Notes under the pieces: model-generated
What the model was told of the DNA's origin: nothing
What the model saw: only the letters and a program-made list of their open reading frames with translations
The model's database searches: none
In this document: piece by piece, positions 24,655-35,579 of the stretch
How the letters are laid out: each line of letters begins with the position of its first letter
How positions within the stretch are numbered: position 1 is the first letter of the stretch
Made by a program: the position numbers and the translations under genes
Assembly: GCA_963733195.1 (NCBI GenBank)
Contig: CAVTCR010000073.1
Location: 1 to 64,000 of the forward strand
Direction: 5' to 3'
Length of the DNA stretch: 64,000 nucleotides
Origin: an uncultured delta proteobacterium
Lineage (GTDB): Bacteria > Desulfobacterota > Binatia > Bin18

Positions 24655-25314
24655 TTAGGTTTCACGGGCAGAAACGACTTGGTACACTTGTAATGGCGTA
24701 GTGATCCCTTTGAGGGAATGGATACCGAGACTTTTGTACTCGAACTGTTCTTGCACGAGACGCTGCGTAGTCGCACCAATGACGAGGGTATTCGCATCGG
24801 CGAGGGCTAACAAACGGGCGGCGATATTGGGCGTTTCTCCCAATGCCATCGACTCTGAGTAATCTTTGTTTCCCATCTCTCCGACCACGGCGACGCCGGT
24901 ATGAATCCCAACCCGCACTTGCAGAGGTGAGGCAAGACGCGGCATAGGTGCGTTCTGCAAACGTGCGTTCAGGTTTGGCAGCGCGGCAATGAGTGCGAGT
25001 CCTGCACGTATGGCGTGCTGAGGGGCATCTTCATGGGCTACTGGGTATCCAAAGTAGACCAACAACGCATCCCCAACCTGGCGGGCGACGTACCCAGAGA
25101 AGCGACGGACAATGCCTGAGCAGGTTTCCTGGTACATGGTGATGAGGTCATGGAAGTCTTCTGGGTCAAGTTGCTCTGAGAGCGATGTTGCACTGATCAC
25201 CTCACAAAACATGACCGTCAAGTGGCGACGTTCGGCGCCGGCAAGGGGGATCCCACATTTCCCGCAGAAGTGAAACTGAGAAGGATTATCAAAGTGGCAG
25301 TTTACACAGCGCAT
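24655..25314 (-). CDS. Zinc-ribbon plus class III adenylate/guanylate cyclase
   Basis: CVNC..FCGKCG, ERRHLTVMFC, GDALLVYFGYP, RVGIHTG and GETPNIAARL. Confidence 0.9.
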   Translation of the reverse strand: MRCVNCHFDNPSQFHFCGKCGIPLAGAERRHLTVMFCEVISATSLSEQLDPEDFHDLITMYQETCSGIVRRFSGYVARQVGDALLVYFGYPVAHEDAPQHAIRAGLALIAALPNLNARLQNAPMPRLASPLQVRVGIHTGVAVVGEMGNKDYSESMALGETPNIAARLLALADANTLVIGATTQRLVQEQFEYKSLGIHSLKGITTPLQVYQVVSARET

Positions 25315-25515
25315 GGGAAAGCCCTTGGTTTATTTGCTGTGATGGTGACGCCAGTGATTCGATACCGAGGCTTGTCTCCAGGAGGATAGGGCTCTTTATC
25401 GTCCGAAATGATTAAGAAAGCAAGGGGAAGTTTCTGCGACGACCATTTTGCGCCTCCGCTAGAAAACAGCTACAACCGCAGTCTCAGGAACACTGAGAAG
25501 GAGGAACAACCGTTC

Positions 25516-26718
25516 ATGGGTAACCTACCACTGGAAGGGCTGAAAGTTGTTGACGCTGCTATCCTCTTTGCCTCGCCAACGATCTCGCAAAACATGGGAG
25601 ACTTTGGTGCTGAGGTTATCAAGGTTGAGCATCCGAAATTGGGTGACAGTCTGCGTTCGCTCGGGGCGACAAAGGACGGTATCCCACTGTGGTGGAAGAT
25701 CACCAACCGCAACAAGAAATGTGTGACGCTCGATCTCGGTAAGCCAGAAGGGGCGGAGATTTTTAAGAAACTTGTGGCCGATGCAGACGTGGTGACCGAA
25801 AACTTTCGTCCAGGGACACTCGAACGTTGGGGGCTTGGGTGGGATGTGTTACATGCATTGAATCCACGGATGATTCTCGCGCGGGTGTCGGGCTTTGGGC
25901 AAACCGGGCCGTATAGAGAGAAACCTGGATTTGGCACGCTCGCTGAGGCAATGAGCGGCTTTGCCCATATTACTGGTCCATCCGATGGGCCACCGACATT
26001 GCCGGGAACTGGCTTGGCTGATGCCGTTGCTGGTCAATTCGGTACTTGGTCAGTCATGTTTGCATTGTATGAGCGCGACCACAAAAGTGGCAAAGGACAG
26101 TACATCGACCTTAGTGTGTTGGAACCGATCTTTACGATCCTCGGCGATCAAGCCATTACCTATGATCAACTTGGTGTGATTCAGCAGCGCACTGGTAATC
26201 GCGTACCTTCCATTGGTGCTCCGCGTAATATTTACAAGACGAAAGACGGAAAGTGGATTGCGCTTTCCGCCAACGCACAAGCAATGGGTGCGCGAGTTTT
26301 TAATGCGATTGGGCAACCTGACCTGATCAACGATCCACGTTTCAAAGACAATCGTGCTCGCATTGCGCATATCGATGAAGTCGATGCCATTGTTGGTGGC
26401 TGGATTAGTAAGCATACGGCAGAAGATGCGCTTAGGATATTTGATGAACATGAGTGCGCTGCAGCGCCGGTGTACGATATTGCGGGAATTTTTGCCGACC
26501 CCCATTTCCAAGCCCGTGAAACGGTAACGACAGTGCACGATGCTGACCTTGGCCCAGTGAAGATGCAGAATGTCATTCCGAAACTCTCACGGACGCCAGG
26601 AAAGATTCGCTGGCCAGCTCCAACTCGTATGGGCGAACATAACGAAGAAATCTATTGCGAGAAGCTCGGACTATCGCGAGAGCGGTTAGCGGAGTTGAAA
26701 GAAAAGGGGATAATCTAA
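25516..26718 (+). CDS. CaiB/BaiF family III CoA transferase
   Basis: GAEVIKVEHP, ENFRPGTLERWG and SGFGQTGPY. Confidence 0.95.
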   Translation: MGNLPLEGLKVVDAAILFASPTISQNMGDFGAEVIKVEHPKLGDSLRSLGATKDGIPLWWKITNRNKKCVTLDLGKPEGAEIFKKLVADADVVTENFRPGTLERWGLGWDVLHALNPRMILARVSGFGQTGPYREKPGFGTLAEAMSGFAHITGPSDGPPTLPGTGLADAVAGQFGTWSVMFALYERDHKSGKGQYIDLSVLEPIFTILGDQAITYDQLGVIQQRTGNRVPSIGAPRNIYKTKDGKWIALSANAQAMGARVFNAIGQPDLINDPRFKDNRARIAHIDEVDAIVGGWISKHTAEDALRIFDEHECAAAPVYDIAGIFADPHFQARETVTTVHDADLGPVKMQNVIPKLSRTPGKIRWPAPTRMGEHNEEIYCEKLGLSRERLAELKEKGII

Positions 26719-26749
26719 TCTGAAAAGAGATCCTCGCCGCAGAACGATC

Positions 26750-27046
26750 ATGGCAATACGACTCACCGACGTGGACCTTCACGATCATCTGAAAGCACGG
26801 ATGGCTCAGCGAGGAATCATTACGGAAGAAGTTGAACAGGCGTTAAACGAAGGATGGGAAGCTACAGATGCGAAGCAAGGGACATTAGGGAAGGTAAAGA
26901 TTTTTCTGTATATGCGCGACTGGGAAGGAACATTCTACAAAGAAAAAGAAGTGTCTGTATACTACAAGATAGTGGAAGGAGTCTTTGTACTGCTAACCGT
27001 CAAAGCAAGATATGGTCAAGGCTTTCCAAGAAGGGATATGCCATGA
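26750..27046 (+). CDS. DUF4258-like putative toxin
   Basis: HLKARMAQRGI motif; paired with DUF2283. Confidence 0.7.
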   Translation: MAIRLTDVDLHDHLKARMAQRGIITEEVEQALNEGWEATDAKQGTLGKVKIFLYMRDWEGTFYKEKEVSVYYKIVEGVFVLLTVKARYGQGFPRRDMP

Positions 27047-27264
27047 AAATCGAATACGACCCAAAGCGAGACCTCCTCTACATTTGGTTCGGAACAGTAG
27101 GGACAAAAGCCGCGCAGACGGCGACGATAACTGCTGGTGTGCATGCAGACTTTAGTGCAGAGGGTAAACTCATTGGCCTGGAGGTTCTTGATGCGACCGA
27201 GGTGCTTGGCCATAACGTGCAGTTTGAGGTGGCTTTGCCATCCGTGGCTGACGGCGCGTCGTGA
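27043..27264 (+). CDS. DUF2283 protein (putative antitoxin)
   Basis: MKIEYDPKRDLLYI...DFSAEGKLIGLEVLDA. Confidence 0.85.
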   Translation: MKIEYDPKRDLLYIWFGTVGTKAAQTATITAGVHADFSAEGKLIGLEVLDATEVLGHNVQFEVALPSVADGAS

Positions 27265-27302
27265 AGACCCCACTAGTGAGAATTGCAAAAGGAGACCAAA
27301 CC

Positions 27303-28187
27303 ATGGCACGCCTACGTCGTAGCCTTTTGTTCGTTCCTGCCAGTAGTGAAAAGTTCTTTGCCAAAGCCAAAGAGTCACACGCTGATACATTGATCTTTGA
27401 CCTTGAAGACGCGGTCGCTCCGGACCGCAAGCCCGCGGCACGGGAAACAATGAAAGGCGTGCTGCGCGATACAGGCTTCGATCGCTTCGAGCGGACCGTG
27501 CGCATCAACGCTCTGGACACGCCGTGGTTCCTGGATGATGTGCTCGCAATGGTTGAGGCTGGAGCGGATGGACTGGTTGTTCCCAAGACCAATAGTGTTG
27601 ATAGTATCCTCTTTGTCGATCGTTTGGTGACATTGGCAGAACGGCGTGCCGGGCGATCGATCGGTTCAGTTGCTTTGATCCCGCTCTTTGAGCAGCCCGA
27701 GGCGATCGGCAATGCTTTCGCCATCGCAAAGGCAACACCACGCATTGCGGCGATTGCCTTTGGCCATGGGGATTTCTCGCTAGCCATGGGGATCAAAGCC
27801 GCACCGTCTACCGCAGGAATTGTTTTTCATGCGCGTTGTCAGGTGGTAATGGCGGCGAAGGCAGCGGGAATCACGCCTATCGATAATGTCTTCCTTGATA
27901 TTCCAAACCTGGACGAGTTAAAGGCCGAAACACGCCAAGGCCAACAACTCGGCTATGAAGGAAAAGCGTGTATCCACCCGAGTCAAGTTGATCCGGTGAA
28001 TGAAGTCTACACACCGACGCTAGAGGAAGTGACCTATGCACGCGAGCTGGTTGCAGCCTTTGAGCAAGCGGTTGCCGAAGGGAAGGGCGCTGTCGCCTTT
28101 CGTGGACGGATGATCGACGGCCCGATCGCTGACATCGAACGCATCGTCTTGGAACGGGCGCGGAAGGCGGGGATCGCTATTAATTGA
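27303..28187 (+). CDS. CitE/HpcH-HpaI family acyl-CoA lyase
   Basis: RRSLLFVP, DLEDAV, VRIN, GYEGKACIHPSQ and GRMIDGP. Confidence 0.93.
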   Translation: MARLRRSLLFVPASSEKFFAKAKESHADTLIFDLEDAVAPDRKPAARETMKGVLRDTGFDRFERTVRINALDTPWFLDDVLAMVEAGADGLVVPKTNSVDSILFVDRLVTLAERRAGRSIGSVALIPLFEQPEAIGNAFAIAKATPRIAAIAFGHGDFSLAMGIKAAPSTAGIVFHARCQVVMAAKAAGITPIDNVFLDIPNLDELKAETRQGQQLGYEGKACIHPSQVDPVNEVYTPTLEEVTYARELVAAFEQAVAEGKGAVAFRGRMIDGPIADIERIVLERARKAGIAIN

Positions 28188-28235
28188 GAAAGAAGAGTGA
28201 AGAACGAAAAATGAGGGATATGCCTTCTTCGAGCT

Positions 28236-29165
28236 TCAACGAGAGGAATGACCAGAGCCGTTGTTGTGGTAATCCAACTCTCCAGCTTCAATGCGCACGG
28301 TCAACCGATTGTCCTTGGATGGTAAGGGACAGGTAGTAAAGGGATTGTACGCACACGGGGGATTGACCGCCTTATTGAAATCCAACGGGACTTGGCCGTT
28401 CTGTGGCCCGTCTGTGGTCAGGAACCGAGCCGCGCCATAGGTCTCTTTGCCACTCGTCCCGTCCCGAAAGATGAAGAACAAGCGGTCTGATCCTGAGGAG
28501 ACTGGCTCCAAGCGTAGTTTCTGTCCGTGGAGTGTGAACTCGACGACACCTGGACTGGTGTAGTGTTCGCGGTCGCCCAGGACGTTGGCCATGATCACCG
28601 CTTTTGGCTGCGCGTGTGGTACGAAACGGGCAGTGACACGGTACGTCGGATCAATCGGGAACCAACGACACCCGGTGAAGTTCTTACGAAGCTCGCTGGT
28701 CGTATCACGTAAGCGAATAGCAGAACGTTCTCCACTTTTATGCATCCATAATGTGAGTTCACCCATCGTGAGGGCGTCGTCCGGGGCGGCACCGGTTCCA
28801 GGGCCGGGTGCCAGTGTCGCGGTGCGTATACTTTTCCCGCGCTGTGTCACTGCCACTGTTGTTGCGGCCTCGAACATAATCTTTCCGGGCTGCACGGTAA
28901 AAACGCCGACATGTGCCGGTGCTGAGTCAGCAGGCAGAATGATGTCATTAGTCGGCCCGGTGCCGACGGTATTCTCTCCGTCGTTGAGCCAATACAATCC
29001 CGCGATCGTGAGCCACCCGTCGTCAGCTTTCAGGCGCGTGTCACGTTCCTGTCGCCAGGTTTCGATTTCCTTACGATATGTGGTTTCTTCAGCAAAGGAG
29101 ATCGGTGTCAGTCCCAGTCCATAGAGGATCAGCCCACAACCGATCCACGAGTGTCGCCACTGCAT
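28236..29165 (-). CDS. Secreted DUF1684 protein
   Basis: Signal peptide; FRDGTSGKETYGAARFL and DFNKAVNPPCAYNPFTTCPLP. Confidence 0.88.
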   Translation of the reverse strand: MQWRHSWIGCGLILYGLGLTPISFAEETTYRKEIETWRQERDTRLKADDGWLTIAGLYWLNDGENTVGTGPTNDIILPADSAPAHVGVFTVQPGKIMFEAATTVAVTQRGKSIRTATLAPGPGTGAAPDDALTMGELTLWMHKSGERSAIRLRDTTSELRKNFTGCRWFPIDPTYRVTARFVPHAQPKAVIMANVLGDREHYTSPGVVEFTLHGQKLRLEPVSSGSDRLFFIFRDGTSGKETYGAARFLTTDGPQNGQVPLDFNKAVNPPCAYNPFTTCPLPSKDNRLTVRIEAGELDYHNNGSGHSSR

Positions 29166-29308
29166 ATCGAGATCGCCCCTCTCTTCGTGGTTTCTTTTGC
29201 TCTCGTAATTTGTGAAGGATTATGCCAGGCTTGCCGTATGCCAGCAAATGTAAGAGTGGGAGGCGAAGGGTTGTTTCCACGATGATGCCTGCGCTAAGGA
29301 CGTAAGGT

Positions 29309-32300
29309 ATGACCTTTGATGAGATTACGGAACAAGTTCGCGCACTGTTGCAGAGTAAGAGACGGATCGCCTACCGTGCCCTGAAACGTCGCTTTGACCT
29401 GGATGATGAGTACATCGAAGACCTCAAGGCCGAACTCATCGATGCTGACCGGGTGGCGGTGGATGAAGATGGGAAGGTGCTGGTGTGGGTCGGGGAGAGG
29501 GGAAATGGGGAAACAGGAAAACGGCGAAACGAGGAAACGGCAACCTGGAGGGCGAAATGGGGAAATGGCGAAGAGGAAGGAACCCCCGGACAGTGGACGC
29601 CTCACCATCTGGCCGAGCGGATTCGTGCGGCAACGTTAACAGAAGGAGAACGCAAAACTATTACCGCTCTGTTTGCCGATCTCAAAGGCTCGACGGCGCT
29701 GATCGAAGGCCTTGACCCTGAAGAAGCGCAGGCGATCATCGACCCGGCTCTGCAAGTGATGATGGACGCCGTGCATCGGTATGAAGGTTATGTAGCGCAG
29801 GCGTTGGGTGATGGCATCTTTGCCTTGTTTGGGGCACCGATCGCGCATGAAGATCATTCCCAGCGGGCACTGTATGCCGCGCTGTGCATGCAAGACGAGA
29901 TGCGCCGTTACGGTGATCAGATACGACTCAAGCACGGGGTGCCACTCGCAATGCGCGTGGGCATCAATACGGGCGAAGTCGTGGTGCGCTCGATCCGCAA
30001 AGATGATCTGCATACGGATTATGTCCCGGTCGGTCACTCGACGAACCTGGCAGCACGAATGGAGCAGATGGCGATGCCGGGGTCGATTCTGGTGACGGCG
30101 TACACATACAAACTTACCGAGGGATATTTTGCTTTCAAAGATTTGGGCCAGACCCAAATCAAAGGTGTCGAAGAGCCGCTCAACATCTACGAAGTGCTCG
30201 GGGCAGGGCCATTACGGACACGCTTACAGGTCGCAGCGCGACGTGGCCTCACGCGCTTTGTCGGGCGGCAGAGTGAGTTAGAGCAGTTGCACAAAGCGTT
30301 GGATCAGGCCAAAGCCGGGCATGGCCAAATCGTCGGCGTCATGGGCGAGCCGGGATTGGGGAAATCGCGGTTATTCTATGAATTCAAGTTATTATCACAT
30401 GCTGGATGTCTCATCCTGGAAGCGTACTCAGTCTCGCACAGCAAAGCCTCCCCGTATCTGCCGGTAATGGAACTGCTCAAGAATTACTTTGACATTCAGC
30501 CCCAAGATGACGAGCGAAAGCGGCGGGAAAAAGTGGCCGGCAAAGTAGTGATGCTCGACCGGACCTTAGAAGACACTTTACCCTATCTCTTTGCCTTGCT
30601 CGGCATAGAAGAGCAGCCGTCACCGTTACAGCAGATGGATCCACAGATACGGCGCAAACGGACGTTTGAGGCACTCAAGAAAGTATTCTTACGCGAGAGT
30701 CTCAATCAGCCGCTGATCCTGATTTTCGAGGACTTGCACTGGATCGACAGTGAGACGCAGGGGTTTCTTGATCTGCTCAGTGAGAGTGTAGCCTCGGCTA
30801 ATATCCTCTTGCTGGTGAGCTATCGGCCCGAGTATCGGCACGAGTGGGGGCAGAAGACGTATTACACGCAGATACGATTAGCGCCCTTCGGGAAGGCTGA
30901 GGCCGAGGAATTTCTTGACGAGCTGCTGGGCGAAAACAGGTCCCCTCTCCCTGCCAGGGAGAGGGACGGGTGAGGGGGATGGAGAATGATCTTCAACGCC
31001 TCAAACAACTCATCCTGGAGAAGACCGAAGGCACGCCGTTCTTCATGGAAGAGGTGGTGCAAGAATTGTTTGAACAGGGAGTGCTGGTGCGCGACGCCGT
31101 AGGGGCACGGCATGCCATGCCTCTACCAAAGGATTTGCATATCCCGTCCACGGTGCAAGGGATTCTGGCCGCCCGTATCGATCGCCTCGCACCTGACGAA
31201 AAAGCCCTACTCCAACAGTTGGCAGTGATTGGCCGCGAGTTCTCACTGAGCCTTGTGCGCCAAGTCATCACTCAACCCGAGGATGAGATCTATCGCTTGC
31301 TTTCTTCCCTCCAGCACAGGGAGTTTCTCTACGAACAGCCTGCGTTCCCGGAAGTAGAGTACATTTTTAAGCATGCCCTCACGCAGGAGGTCGCCTACGG
31401 CACAGTATTGCAAGAGCAGCGCAAACTGTTACACGAGCGCACCGGCCGAGCGTTGGAAGCGCTATATGCTGCGACACTCCAGGAACACTACGACGACTTA
31501 GCCCATCACTACAGTCGCAGTGGCGATGCCGCAAAGGCCGTGGAATATCTCGGCCTGGCGGGACAGCAAGCCGCCCATCGGTCCGCCCATGCAGACGCGA
31601 ACCGTCATCTTAGCACTGCCATTGCGTTGCTCAGTACGCTACCGGACACTGCTGAACGCACCCAACAAGAACTCACGCTGCACATCGCTTTGGGCGTGTC
31701 CCTCATGGCGACCAAAGGCTTTGCTGCCCCCGAGGTGGAAAGCACTTATACCCGGGCGCAAGTGCTTTGCCAGCAGATCGGTGAGCCCTCTCAGCTCTTC
31801 CCCGTGCTGTACGGGCTGTGGTCAGTATCTATCGTGCGAGGAACACTGCGGTCAGCGTCCGAATTGTCGGCGCACCTGTTTCGCCTCGCCCAGCACCGGA
31901 ATGATCCAGCCCTTCTCATCGGGGCGCACAGTGCGCAGGGACAAACCTTGCTCGACCTGGGAGAGTTGATCCTTGCCCGCACGCACTTGGAACAGGGACT
32001 GATGCTCTACGATCCTCAGCAACACCGGCACTTAACCGATTGGTACGGAGAGGACCCAGGGGTCATACAACTCGCCAGTATCGCTATGGCGCTCTGGTAT
32101 CTTGGCTATCCGGATCAAGCGATGCAGCGAGTCCATGAGCTGCTGACCCTGGCCCGGGCACTCGCTCATCCGTTCAGCGAGGCCGAAGCGCAGAACTTTA
32201 CGGCGTTGATCTATCAATATCGCCGGGAGCCGTACGCAGTCCACCAGCACGCTGAGGCGCTCGTGACGGTATCAGTGGAGCAGGGGTTCGCCTTGTGGGG

Positions 32301-32919
32301 AGCGGCGGGAATGATGATGCGGGGCTGGGCACTGATCGAGCAGGGGCAAGGAGAAGAAGGCATCAGGCAGATCGTCCAAGGTCTCGACGCCTTCCAGACT
32401 ACCGGAGCAAAGCAGGGATTGCCGTACTACCTTGCTTTGCTGGCGCAGGCGTACGGAAGGGCCGGACAGGTCGAGCAGGGACTAGCCACGCTTGGGGAGG
32501 CGCAGACGGTAATGGATGCGACTGGGGAACGGTACTTCGAGGCCGAGCTATATCGGATCAAAGGGCAATTCGTCTTAGCGTCCAGCGTCCGGAGTCCGGC
32601 GTCCGAAAACCCCAGCCCCCAGCCCCTAACACCCGGCACCCAAGAAGAGGCGGAAGCCGAAGCATGTTTCCTCAAAGCCATTGACATCGCCCGTCAGCAA
32701 CAAGCCAAATCCTGGGAGCTGCGCGCCGTCATGAGTCTCGTTCGACTACGACAACAGCAAGCGACGCAGTCCGAATCAGGTCCCACGCAACACGAAACAC
32801 GTGCCAGACTCGACGAAGCACACAAGATGTTATCCGGGATTTTCAACTGGTTCACCGAAGGGTTCAACACAAAGGACTTGCAAGAGGCGAAGGCACTGAT
32901 TGACGAATTGAGGCATTGA
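29309..32919 (+). CDS. Adenylate cyclase-AAA(STAND)-TPR protein; one frameshift at ~30970
   Basis: ERKTITALFAD cyclase, GEPGLGKS Walker A, EDLHW, GTPFF and TPR-like C-terminus ending WFTEGFNT.DLQEA. Confidence 0.92.
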
Positions 32920-32924
32920 TCCTT

Positions 32925-33806
32925 ATGGATGAATCCTGGAAACACGGCTTTGCCCACGTAAATGGCGTTCGTCTCCATTATGTCACACAAGGAGAAGGCC
33001 CTTTGTTTGTTCTCCTCCATGGCTTTCCAGAGTTTTGGTACTCCTGGCGGCACCAGATTCCAGTGCTCGCGCAGCATTTCAAAGTCGTTGCTCCAGACCT
33101 TCGTGGCTACAACGACAGTGATAAGCCGGTCGGAGTTGCGAATTATCGTGTCGATACACTCACAGCTGACGTGATGGGTCTGATTCGTGCGTTTGGTGAA
33201 GAAAAGGCGGTCATCGTTGGTCATGACTGGGGAGGTGGCATTGCGTGGGTATTCGCGGCGGACTATCCGCAAGCGACCGAGCGACTCATTGTGATGAATT
33301 GCCCGCATCCCATGGCATTTCAGAAGCACCTGCGCACCAATCGCCGCCAACTGCGACGCAGTTGGTACATGTTCTTTTTTCAGATTCCCTGGCTACCGGA
33401 GATCGGCTTGCGGTTCACCGCGAAGCGATTTATTGAGCAGGCGTTCCGAGGGATGGCGATTCGTAAAGAAGCATTTCCAGATGAAGAACTCCGCCGCTAT
33501 GTCGAGGCGATACAAAAACCAGGCGCAGCGACGGCAGCAATCAACTATTATCGTGCCGCTTTTCGTGAGTCTGTCCGCAAAGGAGAACGACAGTTCGCCA
33601 AAATTACCTGCCCAACATTGCTCATCTGGGGTGAAGAAGATATCGCCCTCGGCAAAGAACTTACCTACGATATGGAGCAGTACTTCACTGATCGTTTCGA
33701 GATCAAATACATTCCGCGCTGTAGTCACTGGGTGCAACAAGAACAGCCTGAGTTAGTGAATCAGTACATGCTGGAATTCTTAGCGGATCTGATAGAGACG
33801 AAATGA
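32925..33806 (+). CDS. Epoxide hydrolase-like alpha/beta hydrolase
   Basis: HGFPE, GHDWGG and SHWVQQE. Confidence 0.93.
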   Translation: MDESWKHGFAHVNGVRLHYVTQGEGPLFVLLHGFPEFWYSWRHQIPVLAQHFKVVAPDLRGYNDSDKPVGVANYRVDTLTADVMGLIRAFGEEKAVIVGHDWGGGIAWVFAADYPQATERLIVMNCPHPMAFQKHLRTNRRQLRRSWYMFFFQIPWLPEIGLRFTAKRFIEQAFRGMAIRKEAFPDEELRRYVEAIQKPGAATAAINYYRAAFRESVRKGERQFAKITCPTLLIWGEEDIALGKELTYDMEQYFTDRFEIKYIPRCSHWVQQEQPELVNQYMLEFLADLIETK

Positions 33807-33840
33807 GAGTGTTCCGCTTCGTTCGCAGTAACTACCCTCG

Positions 33841-33988
33841 GGGTCATTGCGAAGAGCCCTTCGACTTCGTTGCACTACGCTCAGGACAGGCTCCGCGACG
33901 AAGCAATCTCGTCGACATGATATCCTCCCACAGAGATTGCTTCGCGCAGTTTATCCTGAGCTTGACGAAGGGCTCGCAATGACAACCC
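33841..33988. repeat. Composite palindromic REP/MITE-like element
   Basis: GTCATTGCGAAGAGCCCTTCG...CGAAGGGCTCGCAATGAC inverted arms; shares a ~30-bp unit with the MITE in csb1. Confidence 0.8.
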
Positions 33989-34011
33989 CTCATCTTCACG
34001 TGGACGGAGTA

Positions 34012-35311
34012 CTAGTCCGGCCGCCGGGTGCTTTTCTGATAGGCGCGGAGAAATTCGTCCCATTTGGTCTTCTTAGTGAAGTCGAGCGTTGCATAGAGAG
34101 GGGAGATACTTCTCTCTGGAAAGTAAATGGACACTCCATGTGAGTTTGCCATTTTTTCTCCTTTGTGGGCATTCCTCAATGACAAACTTATTTGTTGAGA
34201 TTATCTCTTTCACCTGCCGACAGGCGGATTGGATTCCGGCATTTTGGCTTTGGCTCCCAGTAAATCGCAGAGATCATACAGATCGATATACTCTATGGTG
34301 TCATAGGACTGAACTTGGCGGCGCACCTGCAGCAGCGCGGCTTTCTCGGCGCTATTCGTCAACTGAGTTAGTCAGCGTTTTTGCTAGACTGTTGACCGCT
34401 TCAGCCATCGTGTGGCTTTACCCAGATCACAGGCTGATTGTGTTACGTCATACCCTGATCCGTATGAGACGATGTACTTCTTGACGATCGTACTGGCGAG
34501 CTCTTGTGCGGTCATCGTCGGCTTTTTGACCAAGGTACTCAGTACCGTGTCATAAGGCCAGCCGTCGCCAGGCTCAAGTTCTTCGGAACCGACAGTGATT
34601 CCCACACTCCCACGGACCTGATACCCGACCTCTAACATGCTCATCAAACATGCATCCATCCCGAGGATGTCGATCTTGCGTCCGAGGGCTTTTGTGGTCG
34701 AAGCGAGAATCTTCTTGATTTCGATATTGTCGAGAAAATCTTTGGAGGTGTCGTCAAATGCGATCGCTCGGTTTTGTTTGCCTGGACTTACTGCTTTCTC
34801 GATAGAGGAGCGAAACAGCGCACGCCGAAAGCGCTTACTGCCTACGATTCGAACTCGACGAAGCGAGATCGCACCTCTTGCCGTCCCCTGTGCCGGTACG
34901 ACCGTAGTGCCACGCCGTTTATATTGAGATGCAAAGATTGGCGTACTACACGATAAATATCGGTGTCATCCCATCCTGATCCATGATTCCACAACACCAG
35001 CATGTAACGTTTGGCAGGGTATGTCTTTATTCCCCATTGAACAAAACTTTCCAACACCTTGGGGTCACCCATGTTGGTTTCGCCCAAGTTGCCACCACAT
35101 CTTTAGCGGGCGTCCCACCTTTACGAATATAGTAACGCTTTGTCGCGACATTCGCGCCTGAACGGTCGAACTGCGCCAAAATATTGACGTGATCTGTCGA
35201 GCCTACCTTCTTCATTTCCTCTAGATCCGTCACTCCAGCGCCATCAAGATTATTGTCTCCGGCGAGATACACCATGATCGTCCATTGTTTTTCCGTCGAT
35301 GCACTTGCCAT
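34012..35311 (-). CDS. Clostripain (C11) family cysteine peptidase, frameshifted
   Basis: [29 protein letters not shown] and GVSIYFP. Confidence 0.85.
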
Positions 35312-35380
35312 ACCTCTTCCTCCTTATGCTTTTTGTCTCTGCAATCTCCTGAATAAGATCTGCAATCCTGTCTTACCTTA

Positions 35381-35396
35381 AGCAGAAAAAATGCCA
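35381..35396 (-). promoter_or_regulatory. Candidate sigma-54 -24/-12 promoter
   Basis: TGGCATTTTTTCTGCT (GG-N10-GC) on the minus strand, 70 bp upstream of the clostripain ATG. Confidence 0.45.
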
Positions 35397-35535
35397 TATC
35401 TTTTGGTGCCTGAGGTAATTCTATACGGACGGGTAAAAGTAAGAGAACAAGGTAAACCGGGCAGTAAAACAGGACAAAGCGACTGAAGTGAGGGCAATCC
35501 CTATTTTCTCAATAAGAACGTCGCGAAAAATCCGT

Positions 35536-35569
35536 TGTTCAGATGTCAACAAAAGTTGACATCTGAACA
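35536..35569. terminator. Perfect 15-bp hairpin downstream of the MetE-like gene
   Basis: TGTTCAGATGTCAAC-AAAA-GTTGACATCTGAACA. Confidence 0.6.
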
Positions 35570-35579
35570 TGGTGGTACA

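Noticed and set aside
30960-30975. Two separate genes (554 aa and 649 aa)
   Set aside because: One extra G in the G-run fuses them into the standard cyclase-AAA-TPR architecture.
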